Positions 9,397 through 18,860 of a DNA stretch of 64,000 bases are shown here, piece after piece. How positions within the stretch are numbered: position 1 is the first letter of the stretch; every line of letters starts with the position of its first letter. The notes beneath the pieces are model-generated. The model was not told the DNA's origin. It saw only the letters and a program-made list of their open reading frames with translations, and ran no database searches. The position numbers and the translations under genes are program-made. Source of the DNA: Leptospiraceae bacterium (GTDB lineage Bacteria > Spirochaetota > Leptospiria > Leptospirales > Leptonemataceae); NCBI GenBank assembly GCA_040217195.1, contig JAVJNR010000008.1, positions 96,001 through 160,000 of the forward strand, in the 5' to 3' direction.

Positions 9397-12300
9397 AAAC
9401 GGCTTCGGCTTCTTTACGAAGCAGGGTTCTGGATTGCTCGCCCACGGTAAGAAAGGCTCCTCGAATTTGAGGAATGTTAGATAGCTTTTCCTGAAGTTCC
9501 TGATTCCAGCTAACTCCAAAGGTTTCATGAGCCCGAATTACAGTGGGATCTTCCGTATTCTGCTGCCTATCTCCGGAAGAAAGATGGAAATACACAGCCA
9601 GCGGTCCCTGGTGGCAGCGAAAGAGTGTAACCAGGTTTTGAATGACTTTTTGATTTAGGTCTTCTCTGCTAATCTGCAGATGCAAGCTTCGCTCCAGTTT
9701 TTCTTCCAGGGATTCCCGGTTGAGCGGCGAAAGACCATCCACCAGTAGCTGAACGGTGCCTGTTTCATCGTTCTTATCGATTTTGGCCTTTACCCAGAAA
9801 GCCTGATCCACTTCGATCTTATTTCGAATTTCGGTGAAAGTCCTGGGAAATACAATGCAGGATACCCGTCCGGTAAGATCCTCAATCTGCAATCTTCCGT
9901 ACTCGTTGTTCTTCTTATTAACAGCCACGGTGGCTTCAGTAATTACCGCTGCGATCTCCACAACCTTGCCACTATCAAACTGACCCAATTTTTCGATGGG
10001 TATGACTCGAGCACTTTTGAGAAAGCGTTCATATTTGCTCAGTGGATGTCCGCTAAAATAGATTCCCAGAACCTGCTTTTCCTGGTTCAGAAGCGTGGCT
10101 TCATCGTATTCAGCAACTTCTTGCCCCCGCGGTATGGGCTCCTCTTCAGCCATCTGTGGCCCCAGGGCATCAAATAGAGAACTCTGACCGCTGATGCGAT
10201 CTTTCTGATGATTCTGAGCATGCTGCACCGCCAGATCCAGGCTTTCCATCAAAGCCTTTCTGGTGTAGCCCATGGTTTCAAAGCAGCCTGCAAGTACCAT
10301 GGATTCCAGAGTTCTTCGATTGCAGAGTTTTAGATCTGTGTTTTCCATGAAATGGAAGAAGCTATTGAAGCCACCTTCTTGATCACGGGTTTCTACGATG
10401 GACTGTACTGCCTGAGCGCCAACATTCTTGATCGCATTCAGTCCAAAGCGAATCACTCCTTCCTTTTCTACATGAAATCGCAGATAGGAATGATTGATGT
10501 CTGGACCCAGGATTTCAAGTCCCATCTCTTTGCATTCCAGAATGTATGGTACCAACCGATCCGTTTTATCGATTTCAGAGTCCAGAACGGCTGCCATATA
10601 GTCTGTGGGATAATTTGCCTTCAGGTAGGCCGTTCGATACACCACCATGGCATAGGCTGCCGAGTGGGATTTATTAAAACCGTAACCGGCAAATTCAGCC
10701 AGTTGATCATATAGTTTGGCTGCGAAATCCTTATCTCTATTATTGTAGCCCCGCTCTGTGGCACCTTCCACAAACTCCACACGAAGCTCGGCCATCTTAT
10801 CCTTTTTCTTCTTTCCCATGGCCTTTCGCAGGTCATCGGATTTAGCCGGTGTGAATCCACCTATCTTCTGGGAGATCTGCATCACCTGTTCCTGGTAGAG
10901 CACAACTCCATAGGTTTCGCCCAGGATTTCCGCCAGGTCATCGTGAGGATAGACTACCTTTTCCCGGCCTTTCTTCCGGTTTACATAAGCGTCTGCCATG
11001 CCAGATTGGAGCGGACCAGGTCTGTACATTGCAATCAAGGCCACCAGGTCTTCAAAGACCTCTGGTTTCATGCGAATCACAAATTCGCGCATGCCGGGGC
11101 TGGTTTCTAACTGGAAGACTCCTTTTACATTTCCGGTCTGAAGTAACTTGTATGCCTTTTCATCATCCAGAGGAATTTCATTTAGATCCAGAATCTTTCC
11201 GGTACGGTTTTTAATTTCTTGAACACAGTTTGCAATGACCGTGAGGTTTCGCAAACCCAGAAAGTCCATTTTTACCAGGCCCACCGTGGGAAGAGCCAGG
11301 GTAGTCATATCGTACTGAGTTACTAGAATTCGCTGCCTGGTTTTTTTATCTCCCCCACCAGGGGTGGCCACTGTGGCCAGAGGAACGATTTCATCCAGTG
11401 GTCGCGGACCGATAACTACACCGGCTGCATGCACTCCTGTATGTCTGGAGTTTCCTTCCAGGGCTTTGGCTACGGAATAGACTTTTTTCCCCAGCTCATC
11501 GGTATCTACATAATTGCGAAACTCGGAAGATTTTTCGTAGGCATCGTCCAGGGTGGTACCCGGAACCGAAGGGATCATCTTGGAGATGTTGTTTGCCTCT
11601 GCGAAAGGCATCTTGAGCACCCGGGCCACATCCTTCATACAGGCTTTGGCCGCCATGGTTCCGTAGGTTACGATCTGCGCCACATGATCTTCGCCGTATT
11701 TATGACGCACATAATTTATCACTTCCTCTCGTCGATCCACGCAAAAGTCCACGTCTATATCGGGCATTTCCTTTCGCGCTGGATTCAGGAATCTCTCAAA
11801 AAGTAATCCATAACGAAGAGGATCTATGTCGGTAATTCCCAGGCCGTAGGCAACAATGGAACCTGCAGCCGAGCCTCGTCCTGGACCCACAGGGATATTC
11901 TGCGCTTTGGCCCAGTTAATAAAATCCTGAACAATCAGAAAGTACCCAGGGAAGTCCATGCCTTCGATGACCTGCATTTCGAATTCAAATCGATCCATCA
12001 CTTCTTTGTTCAAAGGAGTGGGATATCGACGGGACAGTCCCTGCAGGCAGAGCTCTCGCATGTAGCTGTTCAGGCTATGTCCTTCCGGTACATCGAAATT
12101 GGGTAGCAAAGGATTGCCTGATTGAAACTCCATGGAGATCATTTCAGCTATCTTTCTTGTATTATGAAATGCGTCGGGAAGCTCAGGGAAAAGATTCCAC
12201 ATCTCTTCCGGGCTTTTTACATAGAACTCAGGATTAAATGCGAATGCAAGATCCTCATCTATGGATTTCTTCTGATTGATTCGAAGAAGTATATCCTGCA

Positions 12301-12991
12301 CTTCATGATGCTTTCGAGTGAGAAAATGACTGTCATTGGTTAGAACTAGAGGAATGCCCAGTTTACGGGAAAGCTCCACATTCCCCCTGGCAGCCAGTCG
12401 CTCATCATCCAGACCATGATTCTGGATTTCCAGATAGAATCGTTCCGGTCCAAAGATTTCTTTAAGTTTGCCTGCCAGTTGCTCTGCAGCACTTTGCTGG
12501 CCTGTGAGTATCTTGCGTTGAACTTCGCCACCCAGGCAGGCAGTGAGACAAATCAGACCATCGGCATGATGAGACAGAAATTCATAATCGATTCTTGGCT
12601 TGCGATAGAATCCATCTGTATATGATTTACTTGTTAGTTTAATAAGATTGCGGTAGCCGGTTTCATTCTGTGCCAGAAGAATCAGGTGGTAGTTGTTTCC
12701 ATCCGCCAGATTTTCCATGACCTTTGTCTCGGTCATTCGGCCCGGCGAAACGTAGAATTCATTGCCGATGATAGGTTTGATACCTGCTTTTACGGCCTCG
12801 GTATAGAATTCAATGACCCCGAACATGTTGCCGTGATCGGTAATGGCCACGCTATCCATCCCATTTTCCTTGCAATGTTGCATGAGCTCCGGTATACGGA
12901 TAGCACCATCCAGAAGGCTGTAAGTGGTATGAAGATGAAGATGGGTGAATTTCTCGCGGAAGCTACTCCTGCTTGTAGATTCTGCTTGCAT
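9395..12991 (-). CDS. dnaE: DNA polymerase III alpha subunit (start 12991 or 13003)
   Basis: PHP 'HLHLHTTYSLLDGA', 'GPGRGSAAGS', 'MPDIDVDF', 'GYGFNKSHS', C-terminal OB fold; no intein seen. Confidence 0.97.
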   Translation of the reverse strand: MQAESTSRSSFREKFTHLHLHTTYSLLDGAIRIPELMQHCKENGMDSVAITDHGNMFGVIEFYTEAVKAGIKPIIGNEFYVSPGRMTETKVMENLADGNNYHLILLAQNETGYRNLIKLTSKSYTDGFYRKPRIDYEFLSHHADGLICLTACLGGEVQRKILTGQQSAAEQLAGKLKEIFGPERFYLEIQNHGLDDERLAARGNVELSRKLGIPLVLTNDSHFLTRKHHEVQDILLRINQKKSIDEDLAFAFNPEFYVKSPEEMWNLFPELPDAFHNTRKIAEMISMEFQSGNPLLPNFDVPEGHSLNSYMRELCLQGLSRRYPTPLNKEVMDRFEFEMQVIEGMDFPGYFLIVQDFINWAKAQNIPVGPGRGSAAGSIVAYGLGITDIDPLRYGLLFERFLNPARKEMPDIDVDFCVDRREEVINYVRHKYGEDHVAQIVTYGTMAAKACMKDVARVLKMPFAEANNISKMIPSVPGTTLDDAYEKSSEFRNYVDTDELGKKVYSVAKALEGNSRHTGVHAAGVVIGPRPLDEIVPLATVATPGGGDKKTRQRILVTQYDMTTLALPTVGLVKMDFLGLRNLTVIANCVQEIKNRTGKILDLNEIPLDDEKAYKLLQTGNVKGVFQLETSPGMREFVIRMKPEVFEDLVALIAMYRPGPLQSGMADAYVNRKKGREKVVYPHDDLAEILGETYGVVLYQEQVMQISQKIGGFTPAKSDDLRKAMGKKKKDKMAELRVEFVEGATERGYNNRDKDFAAKLYDQLAEFAGYGFNKSHSAAYAMVVYRTAYLKANYPTDYMAAVLDSEIDKTDRLVPYILECKEMGLEILGPDINHSYLRFHVEKEGVIRFGLNAIKNVGAQAVQSIVETRDQEGGFNSFFHFMENTDLKLCNRRTLESMVLAGCFETMGYTRKALMESLDLAVQHAQNHQKDRISGQSSLFDALGPQMAEEEPIPRGQEVAEYDEATLLNQEKQVLGIYFSGHPLSKYERFLKSARVIPIEKLGQFDSGKVVEIAAVITEATVAVNKKNNEYGRLQIEDLTGRVSCIVFPRTFTEIRNKIEVDQAFWVKAKIDKNDETGTVQLLVDGLSPLNRESLEEKLERSLHLQISREDLNQKVIQNLVTLFRCHQGPLAVYFHLSSGDRQQNTEDPTVIRAHETFGVSWNQELQEKLSNIPQIRGAFLTVGEQSRTLLRKEAEAV

Positions 12992-13056
12992 GACAGGGGA
13001 CATAATTCCAGCATCCCGAAAGCGGGGCAAGCAAGAAGTTGAGCCCGGGCAAAATC

Positions 13057-14049
13057 ATGCGGATTTCCGAAGCGGCCCACATACTCTCCATCCCCAGGCA
13101 TAAGATAAATTACTGGAAGAGCACCGGCCTTCTCAATTCTTCCACAGAGGGTCTGGGATTTGAGGATCTAAAGCGGATTCGATTGCTGGAGAAATGGCGT
13201 ACCAGCGGCCTCACACTCCAACGAATCCGAAAGATGCTTCAATCCCAGGCATTCCGGGCTGGCGAAGAGCCCGGTCAGGCGCTTTTACAGTTGGAATTGC
13301 TGGATGGACCCCTGCTAGGGGTGAGAGAAGATACAGCTTTGCTGGATCCTGTGCAGGGCCAGGGCTTGCTGGATTTCACTGGTCCCGATACCGGACAGGT
13401 GGTCGAGCTGGAGCCCAGAAAGAGTTCTAATACCCCGGAAGATTGGAGCGCTCAGGACGATGAAATTCTCAGGCTCCTGGAGGCCAGGCTGGCCGAAGAA
13501 GAGAAGGGCCTGGAGACCGGCCCGCCGGGTCCGGAATGGGGCTCCCCGGAAGAGGGAGCTCGATTATTTGAAGCCATTCGACAATCCGATCCTGAAAGGG
13601 CTATGTCAACCCTGGAAGCCATAGTCCAGGATAGACCGGACTATCTACCGGCCAGGATCGAGCTGGGAAATCTGTTCTTTGAAACCGGAGATCTGGAATC
13701 GGCTTCCACTGCCTATGAATCGGCGCTGGAGCTGGATGCAGATTGCGTTGAGGCGCTCTATAATCTGGCCAATGTTTATTATCGCATGGAGAAATTCGCA
13801 GCCAGCATTCGGCTTTTTCAGCGCTCCATAGATCTGGATCCTTCCTTTCCAGAATCTTATTACAATCTTGCCCTGGTTTACTTCAGTCTTAAATACTTTC
13901 GCGAATCCGAGGAACTATTCGAATCCTATCTGGAGATGGATTCAGACAGTCCATTTGCTGAGAATGCCCGGGATTTTCTCCAGGAGATTCGTGAAATCGG
14001 TTCCGAGCAAACGGCTCCTGGTTTATTCGATGACTGGAATGGGAACTGA
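13057..14049 (+). CDS. MerR-type HTH + TPR protein
   Basis: 'MRISEAAHILSIPRHKINYWKSTGLL...DLKRIRLL...GLTLQRIR' MerR HTH and four C-terminal TPRs. Confidence 0.8.
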   Translation: MRISEAAHILSIPRHKINYWKSTGLLNSSTEGLGFEDLKRIRLLEKWRTSGLTLQRIRKMLQSQAFRAGEEPGQALLQLELLDGPLLGVREDTALLDPVQGQGLLDFTGPDTGQVVELEPRKSSNTPEDWSAQDDEILRLLEARLAEEEKGLETGPPGPEWGSPEEGARLFEAIRQSDPERAMSTLEAIVQDRPDYLPARIELGNLFFETGDLESASTAYESALELDADCVEALYNLANVYYRMEKFAASIRLFQRSIDLDPSFPESYYNLALVYFSLKYFRESEELFESYLEMDSDSPFAENARDFLQEIREIGSEQTAPGLFDDWNGN

Positions 14050-14261
14050 TCAGGTTTCTAAGGTATTTCTACTCTATCCATCACCGGTGGCAACATGGTG
14101 TCTAAACTAGGTGATCAGGACAGACTGAAATATCGTCCAGGATTCCGTTATTGTTTAAGATTTAGTCTTTATTCATATAGAGCAGCTTAATCGTACCTGG
14201 CTCTTTTCTTTTACACCGGCATAACCAGTGATACAGGTCCCTTGAATCGCTCTGGACAATC

Positions 14262-15257
14262 GTGGTGGAGTTGAGCAGATTGGAGCCAGTGAGTGCGAAT
14301 CATAACTCAGAGTCTCAAGATCCGGCCCACCAGGTCTATGAGCGGGTAAATTTCCTGATGCTTAAAAGCTCTGCGGATTACCTGGTCTCCCTGGACCCAG
14401 ACCTTCTTGAGGATTTCGTACTAAAATACTCCGGTGTACTGATATTCCTATTAAATGTCCTGGATGCAGATCGAAGCTTGAGGCTTCTGGCTCGTCTTAC
14501 CAATGCTTCCGTGCTATCACTTCTGGAAGAGGAGTTGCGGATGCTGGCTATCCGAGAAGTGGCTCGAATGGGAGACGAACCTGAAAAATTGATAACTCTA
14601 ACCGGTTACCTGGATTTACTGGATCGCCTGGCAGGGAAAACGGAAATACCAGACGTTGAAAAAGGAGTCATTCGCGAAGCAATAGAAATCCTTGAAGAGA
14701 TTTCTACGTCCGGGGGACGCAAAAGATTTCTGTATCTGGAATACTTTTCTGCAGATCAATTGCAGGATATTTTCCGGTTTAATCTGGAGCAGAATCCACC
14801 GGTAAACTTTGGACTTCTTGCATTTAGTTCGGAGCAGGTACGCGAAAGTATTCTGGAAATGATGGCAAGTCGAAAGCCTGATTTTCTAGCCTGTGTCCCT
14901 TCCGGGCTTTATTCTATCAGGAATTACAAGCTTTTTCTGGAGCAGGGAGTCTTTGAATATTTGCCCGAGGCGGTGCAGGGAATTGTAAAAGAATTCGATG
15001 CATTGCAAAAAGGAAAACAGGATATCATTACTGCCATTCGACTGAAGCTTGATATCAAGGATGGAGAGGCCATCGATCCGGAGAGGTTTCAGCCAGCCGC
15101 CAGAAATAGCGCCCTGGATTTGATCTATAGCCGCCTTCGCCTGGAGACGAAGGATAGCCGGGACTTCTTTCTAAGACAGCTGTATAATGAAGGCTACCTA
15201 CGTCAGCAGGATCTGGATCTATTGAGTAGTGCCCTGGAAGGTTTGATAGATCTATAA
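14262..15257 (+). CDS. Hypothetical all-alpha protein
   Basis: 331-aa Leu-rich ORF with no recognisable catalytic motif. Confidence 0.7.
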   Translation: MVELSRLEPVSANHNSESQDPAHQVYERVNFLMLKSSADYLVSLDPDLLEDFVLKYSGVLIFLLNVLDADRSLRLLARLTNASVLSLLEEELRMLAIREVARMGDEPEKLITLTGYLDLLDRLAGKTEIPDVEKGVIREAIEILEEISTSGGRKRFLYLEYFSADQLQDIFRFNLEQNPPVNFGLLAFSSEQVRESILEMMASRKPDFLACVPSGLYSIRNYKLFLEQGVFEYLPEAVQGIVKEFDALQKGKQDIITAIRLKLDIKDGEAIDPERFQPAARNSALDLIYSRLRLETKDSRDFFLRQLYNEGYLRQQDLDLLSSALEGLIDL

Positions 15258-15357
15258 GTTTCGCATTGAGATTCATACCGTATCCCGGATTCTCTTTTCT
15301 ATAATTATTACCCGTATTTTTCTTGACGTTACCCTTTCTGGCCAGGGTTCTTAATGG

Positions 15358-16308
15358 ATGCTGAGCCAGCTACGAATAGGATTGATCATTTATCTGGCTC
15401 TGCTAACAGGTCAATGTGTGGCCCATCCAATCTTTGGTGTTTTTAGCGAAGAGAAATCCGGTTCTGATTTTCTCGGACTTCTGGGACTGGCACTTCTTTC
15501 CAAACAGTACATTTTTGTGGCTGACTCTGGCTCCAATCTTCTTTATCGCATGGATGACATGGAGGGCACGGGCCTGATCAGTTATGATGGATCTGCTCTG
15601 GGGACTCCATTTTCCAATCCATCCGGGATAGCTATGGATAGTCTGGGTAGGGTCTATGTCGCTTCCAATGCAAGAGTCTATCGGTTCGATGATATGCTGG
15701 GAACAAATCAGGTAGAATACGATGGAAATGCAGTGGGCAATCCATTTACTCAAATCAAGGGACTATTCATAGATTCTCAGGACCGGATCTACGCAACGGA
15801 CAATACAAACGATAGAATCTATCGATTCGATGATATGCAGGGAGCCGGCCAGGTGGAAATCGCTTCCGGACTTTTTAATAATCCCCAGGGCATTGCCGCT
15901 GATAGCTCCGGAAATGTTTATGTATCAGATACAGGAACCGATACCGTAATGTTATTTCCCGATATGGGTACTTCTGGTAGCTCAAATTACAATGGAAATT
16001 CTATGGGAACACCGTTCAGCAATCCATTCAACGTTGCCCTGGACACCGACGGTAACATCTATGTAAGCTGTATAGGAAACGGATTATACAGATTCAGTGA
16101 TATGAGCGGTAGCAACCAGGCCCAAAACAATGTGACCACAAGCTACGGCCAACCCCGGGGGCTGACTTTGGACGCTTCCAACCGAATCTATTTTTCTGAG
16201 TTCACGGACAATAACCGGATTTACCGCATGGATACTGTGGATGGTTCCGGTATTGTGTTTTACGGACCTTTCAGTCAGCCAATCTACATTTTCGTCTCTC
16301 AGAATTAA
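15358..16308 (+). CDS. NHL-repeat beta-propeller lipoprotein
   Basis: Signal ending LLTGQC; ~45-aa repeats 'PFSNPxGIAxDSxGxxYV...YRFDDMxG'. Confidence 0.8.
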   Translation: MLSQLRIGLIIYLALLTGQCVAHPIFGVFSEEKSGSDFLGLLGLALLSKQYIFVADSGSNLLYRMDDMEGTGLISYDGSALGTPFSNPSGIAMDSLGRVYVASNARVYRFDDMLGTNQVEYDGNAVGNPFTQIKGLFIDSQDRIYATDNTNDRIYRFDDMQGAGQVEIASGLFNNPQGIAADSSGNVYVSDTGTDTVMLFPDMGTSGSSNYNGNSMGTPFSNPFNVALDTDGNIYVSCIGNGLYRFSDMSGSNQAQNNVTTSYGQPRGLTLDASNRIYFSEFTDNNRIYRMDTVDGSGIVFYGPFSQPIYIFVSQN

Positions 16309-16371
16309 GCACAGAGTTCGAAGAATCAAGGGCCATTCAGGCTGACAGTGGAATGCCTCTGAGCAGGAATT

Positions 16372-16396
16372 AAAAAAGGCCCGCCTGGCGAGCCTT
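16372..16396 (-). terminator. Intrinsic terminator of the small minus-strand gene
   Basis: Minus strand AAGGCTCGC-CAG-GCGGGCCTT running into a T tract. Confidence 0.65.
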
Positions 16397-16439
16397 CTGC
16401 GATCCAATCATGAGACTGAATACTATATAGAAAATCAAT

Positions 16440-16655
16440 TTATGCTGCGAAGAAGTCAGCCTTTATGATCTCATCCACATGAATGGAATCTGTATTGCCA
16501 TCCTTCTGATTGCGAATGACCATATCGCCTTCCAGTCTTCGGTTCTTGTCCAGTTCTACCATAGAACCATCTTTTAGGTACAGAACAATATCAATTCCTC
16601 GGAACTGAATGTATTGTCTTAGTTGTTTCTTGAAATCATCCGCAGTAACTTTCAA
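16440..16655 (-). CDS. Small hypothetical protein (71 aa from TTG), possibly Sm/LSm-like fold
   Basis: GAGGAG 7 nt before TTG 16655; MKVTADDFKKQLRQYIQFRGIDIVLYLKDG...; terminator downstream. Confidence 0.7.
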   Translation of the reverse strand: MKVTADDFKKQLRQYIQFRGIDIVLYLKDGSMVELDKNRRLEGDMVIRNQKDGNTDSIHVDEIIKADFFAA

Positions 16656-17060
16656 AGTCAGGCTCCTCTGTATTATTGGTACAATCATCTTAACGGCTAT
16701 GTACGCGAAGAGGTACAGCAAAAAACTTATGTCACACAAAAAAAGTGTAACCGTACAAAGTATTCTTACGTCAGGGGGCGAAAGTACTATACGAAAGACG
16801 GTTTCTTTGGATTCTATGCATGGATTTTCTTGCAGTTAGACTGACTTCTAAACTGCTAATCCTTGAAGTTGCACACTTAGATGGAACCAGTACTAAGCGA
16901 ATGACGGTACATGACCATTGAAATACAAACTTGCAAGGCTTCCAGGTTAATCAATAGAAAGTGTATCTCTGTAAGCCAGGGAATGCAATCCTCGAATGGG
17001 ATTTCTCTAAGATGCGCAATCTCGCGAATTCCCGGCGCCTTATCCAATTCCCGTAGATGT

Positions 17061-17232
17061 GAAAGATGCCCGGATAGTTCAATACCTGGACCCTGCGTTT
17101 GAACCGGAGGAGCCCGGTGGACCGGTTCAATGTGCCCTTGCGCTAAACCGCGCAGAATACTGGGCCGAGTAGGTAGACCTGACGTTGGCCTGGCAGGTTC
17201 TGTCGAACAAGTAAGCCATCCCGGCGTCAAAA
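17061..17232 (-). ncRNA. ssrS: Probable 6S RNA
   Basis: ~165-nt intergenic rod: ends pair (GACGCCGGGAUGG/CUAUCCGGGCAUC, GUUCGA/UUGAAC, CCUGC/GCAGG), unpaired central bubble, apical stem, and a 3' bubble hairpin UUGAACCGG...CCGGUUCAA like the UUGAACC...GGUUCAA hairpin of E. coli 6S; strand inferred from G-U pairs and motif order. Confidence 0.65.
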
Positions 17233-17236
17233 GGGG

Positions 17237-17764
17237 GTGGCGCGTTTAATGAAAATGTTCCTGCTTCTAATTTGTTTGCTGGCTAACTACATTTCGAGTT
17301 CGGCCAGTCTTACAGCGCTTACTGTGGATCCGGAAAACAGAGAAGGCTCCGAGACCCTCCTATTTGTGATGTCCCAGTTTCTTATCGCCGGACATTCAGC
17401 CATCGGGTATGCTCCGCATGGGGAAAAATATCTGGGCGCCGTGTATGGAGGAGGGTCAATTTTTATGGGTACCATTTCTTTCATAGACCTGCATGGGAGT
17501 ACCCGGGATCGAGGAATGATTCTACCCTTTGCCCTGTCTCTGGCTGCTCTATCTTATCATAATCTGGTGAACCTGGAGGATGCCAATCGGCATCGGGTAT
17601 TCCGCGAAAACTACTATGGTCTAAATCTCGCCATGCTTCTGGGCCTGGGAGGAGCCCTGCTATTTCATACAAATCCCGGTTCCAGAGCTGAACCGGAGAC
17701 TATGAGCTTTTATGCCAATGCCGGTCCGAAAGACTTCCGCCTCTATTTTCAATATCGATTCTAA
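17237..17764 (+). CDS. Hypothetical exported/membrane protein (start GTG 17237 or ATG 17249)
   Basis: Signal-like N-terminus, hydrophobic segments, C-terminal 'LYFQYRF'. Confidence 0.6.
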   Translation: MARLMKMFLLLICLLANYISSSASLTALTVDPENREGSETLLFVMSQFLIAGHSAIGYAPHGEKYLGAVYGGGSIFMGTISFIDLHGSTRDRGMILPFALSLAALSYHNLVNLEDANRHRVFRENYYGLNLAMLLGLGGALLFHTNPGSRAEPETMSFYANAGPKDFRLYFQYRF

Positions 17765-17892
17765 TTTTCTCTGAAAAAAGGGTCTACCCTTACGAGGAAG
17801 GACGACCCGGGCCCGGTTTTCCATTACTCTCTTACTGCAAAAGCAGGGTTCAGGGCACAATGTCCCGACTCCCGGCCAGATGAGGTACGAGT

Positions 17893-18783
17893 ATGGAAGG
17901 TGTAGGATGGTCCACAAAGGGCACTGGAATCTTGTATGGAATTCTCTTAATCAGCTTCTGTCTGATATCATGCGTTGAGGATTTCCCGGAATCTCCTCTG
18001 GAATCCGATGCAGCATTACTTCTGGCCAACCCGAATGGTGTTGCGGACTCTTTTTTTGCCCGATCTCCGGACTCATTTGCAGACCTGGCCATCTGGTTTA
18101 AAGCAGATGATCTTGGCCTCACAGATGGCGATCCGGTAATAACATGGAGCGATGCCTCCGGTCTGGGAAACGATGCATTCTCCGGCGTTGCCGTGCAGCA
18201 ACCTCTATTTCTAGAGTCCTCGTTGAACGGATTACCTGCACTTCAATTTGATGGCACCGACGATGAAATGCAAAGCACGGACATTGAGTTTGATTCGCAT
18301 ACGATCATAGTTGTTGCCCGGTTCACCAATCCTTTTCCAGGCTCCGATTATCGAATGAATCTACTTTCCAAGCACCATAATTTCCCGAATCATTCTACAG
18401 CTCTGTATTTCAATTGGAGAAATAGCGGTTTATCCTATGCAAGCTTTAGAAATAGCGTGGATGGCACAACAGAATTCTTTTCTGGCGGACCTGCAAACCA
18501 GAATGAATGGTACGTGGTATCGGGCACCTTCAATGGAATTGTATCGAGTTTGTTTCTGAACGGGGAATTATCGGACGTGAGCGATCTAAACTCCGGAGAT
18601 ATAAATAATACGAGCTTTCCTTTCTACATTGCTCGGAATGCAAACACTCTGGCTCATAGATTCAAGGGAGAAATAGCGGAAATTATCATGTACAGTGAAC
18701 ACCTTTCGGATCAGAGTCGAGTGGAGATTGAATGCTATCTATCGCTTAAGTATAACCTGTCTTTGCCTCATAACTGCATCTAA
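17893..18783 (+). CDS. LamG/ConA-like jellyroll lipoprotein
   Basis: Lipobox LISC; 'LAIWFKADD...WSDASGLGND...NGLPALQFDGTDD...FKGEIAEIIMY'. Confidence 0.8.
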   Translation: MEGVGWSTKGTGILYGILLISFCLISCVEDFPESPLESDAALLLANPNGVADSFFARSPDSFADLAIWFKADDLGLTDGDPVITWSDASGLGNDAFSGVAVQQPLFLESSLNGLPALQFDGTDDEMQSTDIEFDSHTIIVVARFTNPFPGSDYRMNLLSKHHNFPNHSTALYFNWRNSGLSYASFRNSVDGTTEFFSGGPANQNEWYVVSGTFNGIVSSLFLNGELSDVSDLNSGDINNTSFPFYIARNANTLAHRFKGEIAEIIMYSEHLSDQSRVEIECYLSLKYNLSLPHNCI

Positions 18784-18860
18784 TGATTCGCGCACACCTG
18801 GTGCCGGCCGGTAGTCAATAATCAGAGCAGTGATGAGGCGGTTCATTCTATACCCTGCTT

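Noticed and set aside
9395..12991. Intein in DnaE
   Set aside because: Length is near normal and no intein splice-junction or LAGLIDADG motifs were seen
16745..16805. c-di-GMP-I riboswitch suggested by GCGAAAG/CGAAAG motifs
   Set aside because: P1-P3 architecture does not fit, and the hairpin favours the strand opposite the adjacent gene
16877..17230. 117-aa and 63-aa ORFs over the structured intergenic region
   Set aside because: No protein-like features; the long-range base pairing is better explained by an ncRNA
17061..17232. tmRNA, RNase P or SRP identity for the structured RNA
   Set aside because: No tRNA-like 3' end or T arm, no GAGGAAAGUCC P4 motif and no SRP domain IV motif
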